From Naegleria gruberi (lineage: Eukaryota): a DNA stretch of 64,000 nucleotides. The notes below the pieces were generated by a model that did no database searches, had not been told where the DNA came from, and saw nothing but the letters and a program-made list of their open reading frames with translations. The translations under genes and the position numbers were made by a program. Below, piece by piece: positions 11,348 to 22,363 of the stretch (the stretch's first letter is position 1; the number at the start of each line of letters is the position of its first letter). The stretch lies in the NCBI GenBank assembly GCA_000004985.1, contig GG738936.1, one strand, 5' to 3'.

Positions 11348-12775
11348 AACACTCAACCAACTCTAAACAAGTTTATTCTTATCACCACCAGTCAACCTAC
11401 TCAATATTTAATACACTCCAAAACACATCGAGTAAATCCTCGAACTATATTTTCTCAATTAATATGGCAAGTGGTCACCCCAATTCAATATTCTTCGAGT
11501 ATTTATTTGAGCCTTTCCCTATCCAAAACCCTTCGTGATAATTCTCTTGTAAACCATTCGAATAGAGTGCAATACTCAAGTTACAACTTCAAAAGCAGCG
11601 TTTTACTGTCATCCAAAATTTTCTCCACAAAAAAATTTAGCGCAATCAACATGTAAGTTTACGAGCATGTGTGCATGTGTTGATTTATTGATGATGATCG
11701 CATTATTTATTGTTGTTGTTGAACATGTTATCTATATATTGTTGATGCGGATGGATGTGGTGATACGATGATGATCTTGATTTTGTATGAACCATGATGA
11801 TGGAATTTATTTTGTTGATGATGATATTATTGAACATGTATTGTTTAACAATGTTGATTTGATATTATTAAAATATAGCACAATACATATAGAAGATGAG
11901 CGAAGAGAAAAAGTTAGAGCACGTAACCTACATTGTTGCTGGTAACAAATTTGAAATTCCATCCAGATATGAAGTGAAGAAAGTCATAGGGCAAGGAGCT
12001 TACGGAGTCGTTGTGTAAGTATACTCTATGATGAGGATTATATTTAACAATTATCGTAATAATAATAATATTTAATTTGATGATATTATATAGTTCTGCT
12101 TATGATAGAGAGAGAAAACAAGAAGTTGCCATCAAGAAGATCTTCAACATTTTCGAACATGATAGAGAATATCAAAAGAGAATTTTGAGAGAAGTTAAAA
12201 TCCTCCGTCATTTGGGAGAATGTGAAAATGTTGTTCAATTGTATGATTTGGTTCTTCCACCATCTTTTGAGGAATTTAATGACGTTTATATTGTCATGGA
12301 GTTTATGGATTCTAATTTGAGACAAATGATTAAATCTAATCAAGAATTAACAGATCAAAATATTCAATACTTTTTGTACCATTTACTTAGGGGTTTAAAG
12401 ACCATTCACTCTGCTAATATTTTGGTATGTTATTGTTCTTTTGTACATATTGTGCTGAAACTAATGCTCCGATAATTATTTTACTATTTAACTATTATTA
12501 TTACATAATAATCATCTATTTTATACACTAAACAAAACGTAATATTCAACATTACATAGCACAGAGATATTAAACCATCAAATATTCTTATCAATGGAGA
12601 TATGGAAATTAAATATTGTGACTTTGGTTTGTCACGTGGTATTGAATCAGATACAAATCCTAAAATGTCAACAACTTATGTTGCCACTCGTTGGTACAGA
12701 AGTCCAGAATTGTTGCTCATGTGGGATCAAGCAGGAAAACCATTGGATATTTGGAGTCTTGGATGTATCTTTGCT
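11203..12775 (+). repeat. segmental duplication, copy 2 (matches 1-1554)
   Basis: see the copy-1 feature. Confidence 0.8.
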
Positions 12776-13249
12776 GAAATGTTGGATAAACCACCAAAGA
12801 GGAAAGTTCTCTTCCCTGGTAAGAATTATCTTAACCAATTGGATTTGATTCTTGACGTTACAGGTACACCAACTGATGAAGAAACAAGAGGATGTGCCAA
12901 GGCAAAGAAATACATGAAAACACTTCCAAAGAAACAAAAACAAAACTTTAAAGATATTTTCCCACATGCTAATCCATTAGCAATTGATTTATTGGAAAAG
13001 ATGTTGACTTTTGATCCTCTTAAGAGAATAACAGTTGAAGAAGCTCTTGCTCATCCATATTTGGAATCAATGTTTGAAGAAGATGAAGACGAAGAAGGTG
13101 TTGAACTCTTCTCATTCAATTGTGATAATGAAATGCCAATCGAAGAAATCAAAAAGTTGCTCCACGAAGAAATTGTTGATTATAACAAAGTACAAGGTGT
13201 TACCACTAAGCCAGTCATAACAGATATTGTTTATGAAATTAAAGAATAA
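11896..13249 (+). CDS. ERK-type MAP kinase, complete; exons 11896-12014, 12094-12424, 12560-13249
   Basis: kinase subdomains [30 protein letters not shown], activation loop [15 protein letters not shown], and a MAPK C-terminal docking region; introns with GTAAGT/GTATGT donors and TATAG/CATAG acceptors that restore the frame. Confidence 0.85.
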
Positions 13250-13392
13250 AAACGTTATTGTAATTTTATCACAAGCTTCCTAAAATTCCAATTTTCTTAC
13301 AACATTCTACAATATATATCTCTTTACAAATTCCATTCAAAAAAATAGCTCTAGATTGGAAGGCTACTATTTAACGCTTGAATAATATAATA

Positions 13393-15837
13393 ATGATGAC
13401 GATCCAACAAGATGAAGAAGAACAGCTCCATGGAACACCAGTTAATTGCCTCGCAGCAACAAGATCAAGATGGAAGGAATTGATGTCTCCCGATACTTTG
13501 GAATTGATCTTTAGTTACTTAGAGGCAAAATATAGAATGGTGATGGAATTGGTTTGTCTTGATCTTAGGCTTGCCTGTCTATCAGTGGAGAGTAGAGAGT
13601 TTTTCGCAATTTTCAATCAATTAAATGATGAAACACTTGTTTGTAAACCTCTGAGAGAAGGAGCAGTAGATGACGAGGAAATTGAGGTATTCGAGAGAAG
13701 AATGCCTGGTTTTAAGGTTGACTTTTATACAAGAGAATTATTGAAAACAACAAATGGAAGAATTGATTGGAATGATTCCTTGTTTCACCCTGTAAATATG
13801 ATAGCTCCTATTCAGGAATGGACTAAAGATTTTGGATACTTGTATTATAAGGACAAGGCTCCAATATTGGAATTACTACAATTATCAGATTTTAATTTTG
13901 TTCATGATTGTTTGGTTTGTATTGGATCAACATCTCAAAAAATTTGCTGGGGAATGTCAGAGGATTTAATATATAATCCATTCCACACTCGTACAAGGAA
14001 ATTGTATGCTGACAAGAATTTCAATTTGTATGATCTGGAATATAGGGCATATGATGATTATGCATTTAAAAAGTTGGGAAAGTTAAAAAAATGGTTAAAG
14101 AGCTTTTTACCACAAAAACAGTTAAATGTTAAAATTGTGCCTAAACGAGAGCCTATCAGGTTCGCAACTGAGGAAAAGAAAAATGATCCAGAGTTCGTGA
14201 CAAAATATTTAAAAACAAATGGAAGTCAATTGAAATATGTTTCAAAAGAACTAAGGAATAATAAGGAAATTGTAATGGTAGCAGTTTCCAATTATGTAGA
14301 TGCAATTCAATTTGCCTCAGATGAAATCAAGGACGATGATATTTTCATGAAAGATATTTTACAAATTCATCCTCTAACAATTAGATTTTGTTCTGAAAGA
14401 GTGAAAGGCACTCATGTTACAAAAGAGGCACTCAAAGCCAAACCTTTCAGAATGAAAGAGTTACCTTCACTTTCTATTGAAGAGTTCATTCCAAGATCTG
14501 TTATTGACGATAAGGAATATGCCTTAAGTATGATCGATAATACATGTAGTACTTACCATTCACTGTCTGACAATTTGAAGAATGACCGAGATATTTGTTT
14601 GAGAGCTGTAAAAAACCGCCTAAGTATTTCTCAAATTCCTCCTATTTATGCAGATGACAAAGAGATTGCACTTACTGCCGTAAGACTTTCTTCCTACGAA
14701 TACCTATCAATATCTGAAAGGCTAAAGAGAGATAGAGATGTTGCCTTAATTGCGCTAAAAAATTCAACACAGAGCATTGTTCATAAAGTACCAGAGGAAA
14801 TTCGAGGCAATAGTGGTCTGATAATGGAATCCATTACTAAAACTAATGCAAGAGTTCTTTTTGAAATTGCTTCTGAAGAACTGAAAACAAACGATAGAGA
14901 ATTAATTCTCAAATTTCTGGTTAATCATTCATATATCTACCATTCCCTTAATGAAGCTTTAAAACAGGATGTTGAGATATTTTCAAGTTATCTATTGAGC
15001 ATGATTGAAGGCGGGGAGAGAAACTATTATAGATCATTAGAATTGTTACCTAATCAAGTGCTTTACTTATTTTGTAATGATTACACCAAAGCTGTATTGC
15101 TATTTAGAGCTCATCCTATTGCTTTTGAATTGATAAATCGTAACCTTAGGGCAAATAAGAATTTCATATTGGAAATATTGGAATATAGACCTATTGACAT
15201 TTCTAAAATAGATCATTCACTACTATGTGATGAGGACGTGTTAATGAAATTAGCAGACAGAGGTCTAGGAGAAGAATTGATGAATGTTCTTCCAAACCTG
15301 CAAAATGGATTCAAAATGAGTGCCAAGATGATTGAGCATCTAGTAGCTACTAATCCAATTACCATAGATTCTTTGAAACAAACTCCTGAACTAGTTAAGA
15401 TTGCCATTACTCACGGTGCCAAATGTCGTCGTCCAGTGATATCACTAATTAAGGAAGAAATGTTGACATTGGAATTGGTGGAATTTGCTTTAAAGAGCAG
15501 CTTGTGTCGTTGGCCAGATGTTCCATTATCCTTCCACACCAAAGACAATATTTTACAGATTTTGAAATCTTATCCGAAATTGTATGGTTTGGGTATGTTC
15601 GGTCTAGGCTGGCGCCAAAGACAAGATTTGGATTTTATCAACCTTTCGATTCGTGAACCCACCAATTTTAAAGAAATACCTCCAAGTTTCCTTACTTCAG
15701 AGCTTGTTATTGAGGCAATCCAGCATAATAATGCTGCCAATGTTGAACAGTACATTTATCCACATCTGCCAGTTGTCTTCTATGAAAATGAACAAGTTTA
15801 CAATTTGCTTAGAGAGAAAATTTCATATTTTAAATGA
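13393..15837 (+). CDS. DUF4116-repeat protein (about 814 aa)
   Basis: about 10 repeats of the pattern K/RxDRE/DIxLxAVKxNxxxLQYASxELKxD (e.g. NNKEIVMVAVSNYVDAIQFASDEIKDD, DRDICLRAVKNRLSISQI, DKEIALTAVRLSSYEYLSISERLKRDRDVALIALKN); first ATG at 13393 (track ORF starts at TTG 13378). Confidence 0.6.
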   Translation: MMTIQQDEEEQLHGTPVNCLAATRSRWKELMSPDTLELIFSYLEAKYRMVMELVCLDLRLACLSVESREFFAIFNQLNDETLVCKPLREGAVDDEEIEVFERRMPGFKVDFYTRELLKTTNGRIDWNDSLFHPVNMIAPIQEWTKDFGYLYYKDKAPILELLQLSDFNFVHDCLVCIGSTSQKICWGMSEDLIYNPFHTRTRKLYADKNFNLYDLEYRAYDDYAFKKLGKLKKWLKSFLPQKQLNVKIVPKREPIRFATEEKKNDPEFVTKYLKTNGSQLKYVSKELRNNKEIVMVAVSNYVDAIQFASDEIKDDDIFMKDILQIHPLTIRFCSERVKGTHVTKEALKAKPFRMKELPSLSIEEFIPRSVIDDKEYALSMIDNTCSTYHSLSDNLKNDRDICLRAVKNRLSISQIPPIYADDKEIALTAVRLSSYEYLSISERLKRDRDVALIALKNSTQSIVHKVPEEIRGNSGLIMESITKTNARVLFEIASEELKTNDRELILKFLVNHSYIYHSLNEALKQDVEIFSSYLLSMIEGGERNYYRSLELLPNQVLYLFCNDYTKAVLLFRAHPIAFELINRNLRANKNFILEILEYRPIDISKIDHSLLCDEDVLMKLADRGLGEELMNVLPNLQNGFKMSAKMIEHLVATNPITIDSLKQTPELVKIAITHGAKCRRPVISLIKEEMLTLELVEFALKSSLCRWPDVPLSFHTKDNILQILKSYPKLYGLGMFGLGWRQRQDLDFINLSIREPTNFKEIPPSFLTSELVIEAIQHNNAANVEQYIYPHLPVVFYENEQVYNLLREKISYFK

Positions 15838-16110
15838 ATTTACAATAGATCATTAGAAATTGCTATTTGAAGATTACAATCTTAATTGTCATAATGTTAT
15901 TCAACAAACCTATTATTTAATTGATATTGAATTTTACTAGTCAAACTATTAAATGTCATTCGTCTAAATTTAGAAGGTAGATAAATTGAACACTTTAGTA
16001 AAAAGAGTAACAACAAATAATCCATCATCAAACAACAACTACTGCCCCTTCACCACTTCTTTTAATTCATCATCAACAACATCTAATTCCCTTCTTCCAA
16101 CAGAAAAAAA

Positions 16111-16746
16111 ATGTTTCAAAAGCACTCACTCAAATCATTCTCAAATCTTACAACCAAGAAGAATTCCAAATCAGTCGCCACGATTCTATGTGGTACCAAT
16201 TCAGTACCAACTGCTAGCGAAGGATCCTTCCAAATGAAGTTGCATTCCAAGAGACAATCATCTCTGCCCTACTTTTGTAAATATTACAATACAAATCATA
16301 CCAATACTGCATCACCAGCAGTTGCACTCTCCACTACTCATGGAGCTGCATCTAATGCGTTCCATCATGTTGATTCATTTACTTCATACAATACTCATCA
16401 ACACAAGCAACAGCATCAACAACACGATCAGAATGTAGCTGATTATCATCAGGCAATGAATATTCTCAGAGAATTGAATCAAATCCGACATCAGAATTAT
16501 GTGCTCAATAAGCAAATAAGTCACTTGCAGGAATATGTGCATGTGAAGGAGTCCAATACAAATAATTCAGCCAATCTAAGCTCTTGGATGGATACAAATC
16601 CATTCAAATTTGGATTGTTGTGTGGAAGTGTTGTGTTTGTCTTAATTGCCTTGAGAATGGACTTGGAAAAGAATAGAAAGAAAGTGAAGGAACTCAAGGA
16701 GGAGCTTTCTAAACTCTCCATCAAGAGAAGATATGGTAACTATTGA
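16111..16746 (+). CDS. hypothetical Gln/His-rich coiled-coil protein with a single C-proximal TM segment (tail-anchored-like)
   Basis: ATG-initiated 211-aa ORF with hydrophobic FGLLCGSVVFVLIAL near the C-terminus; no recognisable family. Confidence 0.4.
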   Translation: MFQKHSLKSFSNLTTKKNSKSVATILCGTNSVPTASEGSFQMKLHSKRQSSLPYFCKYYNTNHTNTASPAVALSTTHGAASNAFHHVDSFTSYNTHQHKQQHQQHDQNVADYHQAMNILRELNQIRHQNYVLNKQISHLQEYVHVKESNTNNSANLSSWMDTNPFKFGLLCGSVVFVLIALRMDLEKNRKKVKELKEELSKLSIKRRYGNY

Positions 16747-17125
16747 GTGAAAATTTAATTTTCAATCCTTCAAAGCATTTTTGTAAATATACAGAAATAT
16801 TGTAAAGTAAAATTTCAATTATTGAAAATTAGTTCAATCTAAAAACATTTTTTAGCTATGGTTCAATGAAGGATTTCTTCTATCCAAAATCCTTGAGCTT
16901 TCTGGACTTGTTGCTTGTTATTCGAAAAACAAGTTTTTAAGTTAATAATGTGAGTGGTTGATGGAAAGTCTTGATGAATAATGTGCTAGAAAATAATGTA
17001 CTTGAATTTAGTTTGAAAACAATTCAATGAATACAGGATTTTAAAATTAAATCATTGAAAGTTGACAATCAATATGCGACCTTGTGAAGACTAGCAAAGT
17101 GGCATGATGTTGGAATTGTTGTATA

Positions 17126-17360
17126 TTATTTTTCATTTTCTTCTTTCTTTTCTTCTGTTTCTTCTGTTTCTTGGTTTGGATTTTTACCTACAGTTGCAGT
17201 TCTTTCTTTCTTTGCTTCTTCTGTTGCTCCAATACCTGCAGTATCTGTTTTGACTGGTACTTTTACATGTTCCGTAAAACCATCCTTTCCCAAACCATCA
17301 CCTTCCTTCCAACCCATCTTTTCTAAAAATTTGAATCCGAGTCTTGATTTATCTTCCATT
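17126..17360 (-). CDS. small G-patch domain protein (77 aa)
   Basis: GFKFLEKMGWKEGDGLGKDG matches the G-patch consensus; first ATG at 17360 (track starts at GTG 17368). Confidence 0.45.
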
Positions 17361-17574
17361 TTTTTCACATCAGCTAAATATGATAACTAAGAATGAGTAA
17401 ATGAACAAAGTTAAAGAATGGTAGCATTTACAAACCAAATAAATATATTGTACACAAGATTAGTTATTTCAGGAATACCCCTAAAGATGAGCCACAATTG
17501 AACAAAATCAAGTGGCTAGCATCATAACAAGTTGCCTTGTCGGTCATTAAGGGAGTTCAAGCATTTCTAATGTA

Positions 17575-17647
17575 GCCCGTCTAGCTCAGTCGGTAGAGCG
17601 CAAGGCTCTTAACCTTGTGGTCGTGGGTTCGACCCCCACGGTGGGCG
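17575..17647 (+). tRNA. tRNA-Lys (anticodon CUU)
   Basis: GCCCGTCTAGCTCAGTCGGTAGAGCGCAAGGCTCTTAACCTTGTGGTCGTGGGTTCGACCCCCACGGTGGGCG folds as a cloverleaf with A/B boxes (TAGCTCAGTCGG, GGTTCGA); anticodon loop CTCTTAA. Confidence 0.9.
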
Positions 17648-17654
17648 ATTCATG

Positions 17655-17659
17655 TTTTT
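17655..17659 (+). terminator. Pol III T-run terminator for tRNA-Lys
   Basis: TTTTT 8 nt after the tRNA 3' end. Confidence 0.5.
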
Positions 17660-18011
17660 GTTTATTCACAAAAGGACAGATTCAACATGAAAATTAGGTT
17701 TTTATTACTTGCAATGATTTATGATGGATCTTTGTGTCAAATCAACAAAATGAAAACAATTTTAATGATAGAGAATCAGTTTTTCGTGATAGATCATTAT
17801 CCAAACTCCACATTAGTTATTATTCGTGTATCTCTCAACCTTTCATCCTTTATTTCATTCAACATTATGAGAACCTACTTTTCCTTTTTGACAACACATG
17901 ATTTGTGCAATTTCTGTTAAATTGCCGGCACTTTATTGGACTAGTAAACAATATCAAAAAAAAAACAAATACTGTTGTTATTCAAATCAAACCATTGAAT
18001 ATCATTCACAA

Positions 18012-19490
18012 ATGCTCAACATGATCGTTTCCAACTCACTCAAGACAAGTATTTGTCTTGCCATTATTCTTGTACATTATATCAGAATTGTAAAAGGTGC
18101 TAATCCTGATTGTGCTCTTATTGTTCCTCCAAATCCACTCACTCCTCAAGGATTGGCAACCCCTTATATTTTGAGAGCTGTCAATCCTGCTAATGGTCCT
18201 TGTGTCATGACAGCTGCTGATCAACAATCATTTGTTGAGGGTGTTATTTTCGTTCCAGAGACAAGATCCTTCATGATTTATAATCCTTTGGTAATTACTC
18301 AAAATACTCAACCAGCAATCAAACCAACTGTTCCTACCTTTCCAAAAACAGCAATTGTTGGTTTGTGGTTTGGTACAAATGCTGGTTCTCTTACTTTAAT
18401 TGATTCCAGTAATTCACTTGTTCAAGGTAACTGTGTAAATGGTATTGATGGAGCAAATGATATCTTTGGCCAATTCGCCTCATGCAATGGAAAACAATTT
18501 TTTGAAGCTGTCCAAACGTCAATCAGTCAAATTATTAAGGAAAATGCAACCAATAATCCTGGTTCCTTCTTTAATCCACCAGTTCCAGCACTTGGCACTG
18601 CTCTTGATGGAAAATCATGTATGACTGTCAGAGATTTTGGTATTGTTGACATGGATCAATCAGATAACGTTGTTACATCCTATATCATTAGTACAAACAA
18701 GACATTGGCAGGTAGAACTTGTCAAAATACTGCAGCTAATTTGAAAGCCCTTGGAGGAACTGCTCAAACTCAAACTTTGGTAAATGGTTCTGATAATAGA
18801 TTGTTAGCTGTTGCAATGGCACGTGCTTTAAATTGCACTCCATACATGGCCCCTGATTTGGCAAATAATGGCCAATTGACTCAGTCATTGGCATTGGATG
18901 AGATTCATGCTAAATTGAAACAAAAAGCACCGATTGCTCTTCTTCCAAAAGGAAATCCAATGGTAAGAAGCAATGATCAAGCAAACCTTGAAAAACTCAA
19001 CTTGTATAGAGCTGCTGTTTTTCAACCACAAGTTTCCAGTGTTGCATTTGCTTCCACTCGTCTCTATTGTAAACATTACGCAGTTGTGGCACCTGCCAGA
19101 ATATTCCTCGACAAGTCTATCACTTTGAAATATGCAAGTCCTGATACTGGAGTTGCCAATAATTTATTCACATTCCTAGCTCAGAGATTTGTGAATAGTT
19201 GGGAAGGATTGAAATGTGGTTGTATTCTCGATATGCCTTGTCCAATTACTATTGTTGTAGATAAGAATGGAGTAACAACAGATGCTAGTTTATCCACAAT
19301 GATGGCTAGATCTGTAAATGTTGATTCTTTGATGGATCAAATGGTTTTGGAATTTGATGGCTACATGGATGAAAACAACACATTGGATGTTAGAGCTCTT
19401 GTTAGTGAGTCAAATGGTGTTTTTACAAACAATGGTCCTGTGTATATTCTTCTTACCATTGTTGTGTCTATCATGTTCAATCTGTTGTAA
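18012..19490 (+). CDS. secreted, probably GPI-anchored surface protein, unknown family
   Basis: signal-peptide-like start MLNMIVSNSLKTSICLAIILVHYI, Cys- and Asn-rich ectodomain, C-terminal hydrophobic tail NGPVYILLTIVVSIMFNLL; track ORF starts at ATG 17898 but that stretch crosses a poly-A tract and looks like UTR. Confidence 0.55.
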   Translation: MLNMIVSNSLKTSICLAIILVHYIRIVKGANPDCALIVPPNPLTPQGLATPYILRAVNPANGPCVMTAADQQSFVEGVIFVPETRSFMIYNPLVITQNTQPAIKPTVPTFPKTAIVGLWFGTNAGSLTLIDSSNSLVQGNCVNGIDGANDIFGQFASCNGKQFFEAVQTSISQIIKENATNNPGSFFNPPVPALGTALDGKSCMTVRDFGIVDMDQSDNVVTSYIISTNKTLAGRTCQNTAANLKALGGTAQTQTLVNGSDNRLLAVAMARALNCTPYMAPDLANNGQLTQSLALDEIHAKLKQKAPIALLPKGNPMVRSNDQANLEKLNLYRAAVFQPQVSSVAFASTRLYCKHYAVVAPARIFLDKSITLKYASPDTGVANNLFTFLAQRFVNSWEGLKCGCILDMPCPITIVVDKNGVTTDASLSTMMARSVNVDSLMDQMVLEFDGYMDENNTLDVRALVSESNGVFTNNGPVYILLTIVVSIMFNLL

Positions 19491-19575
19491 ATAAAATTCT
19501 TTGAATATATTAATTAGTAAGAAATGGTTGTAAGGCCGAAATAATGATTAGTGGGACAAATATTCCTTAATATCT

Positions 19576-19648
19576 GCCCGTCTAGCTCAGTCGGTAGAGC
19601 GCAAGGCTCTTAACCTTGTGGTCGTGGGTTCGACCCCCACGGTGGGCG
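19576..19648 (+). tRNA. tRNA-Lys (anticodon CUU), second identical copy
   Basis: 73/73 nt identical to the copy at 17575-17647. Confidence 0.9.
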
Positions 19649-19655
19649 ATTCATA

Positions 19656-19661
19656 TTTTTT
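19656..19661 (+). terminator. Pol III T-run terminator for the second tRNA-Lys
   Basis: TTTTTT shortly after the tRNA 3' end. Confidence 0.5.
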
Positions 19662-19691
19662 CTCTTAATCCTTGTGAATGAATACCTTTAT

Positions 19692-22256
19692 TTACAACTT
19701 TAGCTTTTCTGTAACTCTTCGCCAATGTAATGTCAACCTACATGATCTCCTTGAAAACACTTCACCATAAATGTAATCATCAATTCTACTCAACAAATCC
19801 CCATAGCTTTGTCTCATATCTAGTTTCATATGATCAATAGAATATTCCAATAATTGCAAAAAGCCAAACTCAATAATACTCGAATCAAATCTATCTGGGA
19901 CATCATCAAAGAGGAAAAAATCATCCACATGATCTACAAAAATTTGTGCAACATCATCAATGTTTAAATAGCTCAACAAAATAAGTGACCTCACTGATTC
20001 CACTCTAAGATTGATTTTTGCATCAGTAATTCTTGAAGCATCATCCAATGAGAATAGGGTAACATGGGTCAATAATTCTTTCATAGTTTGAATAGACTCC
20101 TTAGCCAAATTATCAAGCCATTGTTCATCGGTTGGTCTCACAATAACAAAATATTCCACCATTCTTCCAAAAGAGACTATACACGGTACGCATGCATCAA
20201 ACGAAGTGGTATTATTCCTATTCACAACTTGAACCTTCTCGAATAAATAATTAGATAAGAAAGGCTGTACAAAATCTTTCACAATATTTGTCTCCTCTTT
20301 CAAACAATTTAAATTCTTGAAAATATTTGCCATAAACATGCCATCAATTAATTTGAAGAAAGATTCGTGATATTCTTTCTTACTGGCAAATAGATGGAGT
20401 AAATCATTCAAATCCTTTAAAATTCCCAATTCTTCAATCACATAAATGGTACTTGGCTGAGCCGTTTTCAAGAATGATCCAAGTATTGGTAGGAAATAAT
20501 GTATCAATTTAGATCTTTTTTGTTGTAAAAATTTTCTAATATGTTCCTTAATGAAATCTAAAAAATCTTTCAGAATACTGATTGATATATTATGTCCCAA
20601 ATAGTAGACACAAGTAGTCAAAACTTTCCACTCCTTGAATTGGTCTAAATTAGCCCTCTCTAAATATTCACATAGATTCGAAAGGAAAGTGTTGGCAATT
20701 AATAAAGTGTGGGCATCTCTCAAATTATCTCTATGTAAAAATTTCAAAATTACTGTAATCAAATTAGAATAGGTTCTAAAGTTATCTAAATTATATTTAA
20801 AATACTCGACAATTTGTGAAAAAACCGATGGTCTAATTTCTCTAGAAGAAAGGAAGTTTGACAGAGAAATACACGTAGTCTTTCTCACATTCAAGTTTTC
20901 ATCCTTCAAGTTATTCACCATAATGTCAATAATTTCATCATTGAAATTTTTGAGAAATTGAATATGTTCCAAATATTCACCAAATTGATTATTTAAATTA
21001 AGAGAAACCTGGTAAAGTAGTTTACCAAAAATAGCACTATAATATCCTGCTGATTTACATGCCGTTTCTTTGATTAATACATCCTCTTCAGATTTTGCAT
21101 CTTTCTGCAGTTCAAGTAGTAATATCTTTAAATAAGGATCTACAAAACTCCTCAGTACAGTCTCTACTATCTGTCTCGTATTAAAGAATGGATCTAACAA
21201 GTTGGAGAAAAACATGGATTGGATGACTGATCCTGAAATATTGATAATTTTCTGTTTTATCATACCGACTGTCTTTCCGTGACAAAACATATCCGAATTA
21301 ATCTTATTACCAATTTTTGCAAAATCATTTCCCAAACATTGAAGAATTGTTTGAACTGACTCAAAATAGGAGGAGCATAATGTAGAAATTAATTTGGTTC
21401 CTATGTTGGACAGATATTTTGCAATATCTCCAATATTAGTTTCGAATCGGAAATCAAATACTTCTGACAATTCGTATGTTATACTAATCAGTTTTTCTAT
21501 AATCATTTTTATCATTCGGAGTTGTTCTATTTTCAATACTGATATAAACTCATCAGATTCTTCATCAATAGAATCCATCCAATATACGTATTGATTGAAA
21601 AATTCCAATGTTTGTCCCACAATTACGAATTCTTCATAGCTAATCCAATAGTGGTCAGAATATTTTGATAAATGATTAGCCTTCTTTCGTCTAAAATATT
21701 CAAGCAACACCAACTGAAATAATGGTACATTTTGAAGTACATTTCCTGATTCTGTTGAATATTCCAAAAATTCATTATAAAATCCTCGATGACAAATCCT
21801 TGAAAATAATAAAAATGTAAATAGCTTCCACTCGGGTATTTCATTTTGAAAACTCATTCTCTTAAACGCAGTATCAACAGTTTCATTTGTTGAGCGACTC
21901 GTTTCTTGATTTGGATAAACAACTTGTCTAAGTATTAACAAATTATTATACATTTCCTGATCCAATTCAATAATATATTCAAAAAATGGGAAAAACTCTA
22001 CTAATTTCGAGGAAGGATATGTTTTCACAACTTCCATTATTATGTACATTATCTTGATGGTGATTGTAGTTTCATCATCATTTTGCAAAATTTCCGATAA
22101 TTTTGAAGGCTTTAATCGTTCATCTTTTTCCAAGTGATACAAGGCTGTTGTTTGTTTGGGAGGAAAACCTGCAATTCTTTTAGGTTCGGGCAAATATTGA
22201 ATAGCTTCAAAAAATTGTTGAATTAAATAAATCTTTCCATTTCGAAATGATTGCAT
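19692..22256 (-). CDS. hypothetical large (853 aa) mostly alpha-helical protein
   Basis: single ATG-initiated ORF, Leu/Ile/Phe-rich helical-repeat-like composition; no family recognised by eye. Confidence 0.6.
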   Translation of the reverse strand: MQSFRNGKIYLIQQFFEAIQYLPEPKRIAGFPPKQTTALYHLEKDERLKPSKLSEILQNDDETTITIKIMYIIMEVVKTYPSSKLVEFFPFFEYIIELDQEMYNNLLILRQVVYPNQETSRSTNETVDTAFKRMSFQNEIPEWKLFTFLLFSRICHRGFYNEFLEYSTESGNVLQNVPLFQLVLLEYFRRKKANHLSKYSDHYWISYEEFVIVGQTLEFFNQYVYWMDSIDEESDEFISVLKIEQLRMIKMIIEKLISITYELSEVFDFRFETNIGDIAKYLSNIGTKLISTLCSSYFESVQTILQCLGNDFAKIGNKINSDMFCHGKTVGMIKQKIINISGSVIQSMFFSNLLDPFFNTRQIVETVLRSFVDPYLKILLLELQKDAKSEEDVLIKETACKSAGYYSAIFGKLLYQVSLNLNNQFGEYLEHIQFLKNFNDEIIDIMVNNLKDENLNVRKTTCISLSNFLSSREIRPSVFSQIVEYFKYNLDNFRTYSNLITVILKFLHRDNLRDAHTLLIANTFLSNLCEYLERANLDQFKEWKVLTTCVYYLGHNISISILKDFLDFIKEHIRKFLQQKRSKLIHYFLPILGSFLKTAQPSTIYVIEELGILKDLNDLLHLFASKKEYHESFFKLIDGMFMANIFKNLNCLKEETNIVKDFVQPFLSNYLFEKVQVVNRNNTTSFDACVPCIVSFGRMVEYFVIVRPTDEQWLDNLAKESIQTMKELLTHVTLFSLDDASRITDAKINLRVESVRSLILLSYLNIDDVAQIFVDHVDDFFLFDDVPDRFDSSIIEFGFLQLLEYSIDHMKLDMRQSYGDLLSRIDDYIYGEVFSRRSCRLTLHWRRVTEKLKL

Positions 22257-22363
22257 TTTTTATGACTAAATTATTAATAGAATTGAAACCTTGAATAAAA
22301 CTATTATTTTCTTAATTTAATTATAATAATTATTATTTATTTTATTAATATTTACCATTACTA

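Noticed and set aside
15986-16237. 83-aa ORF upstream of and overlapping the 16111 gene
   Set aside because: Begins at TTG, not ATG, and is out of frame with the downstream ATG ORF; most likely 5' leader.
17615-17920. 101-aa plus-strand ORF
   Set aside because: Starts inside tRNA-Lys and crosses AT-rich promoter DNA; artefact.
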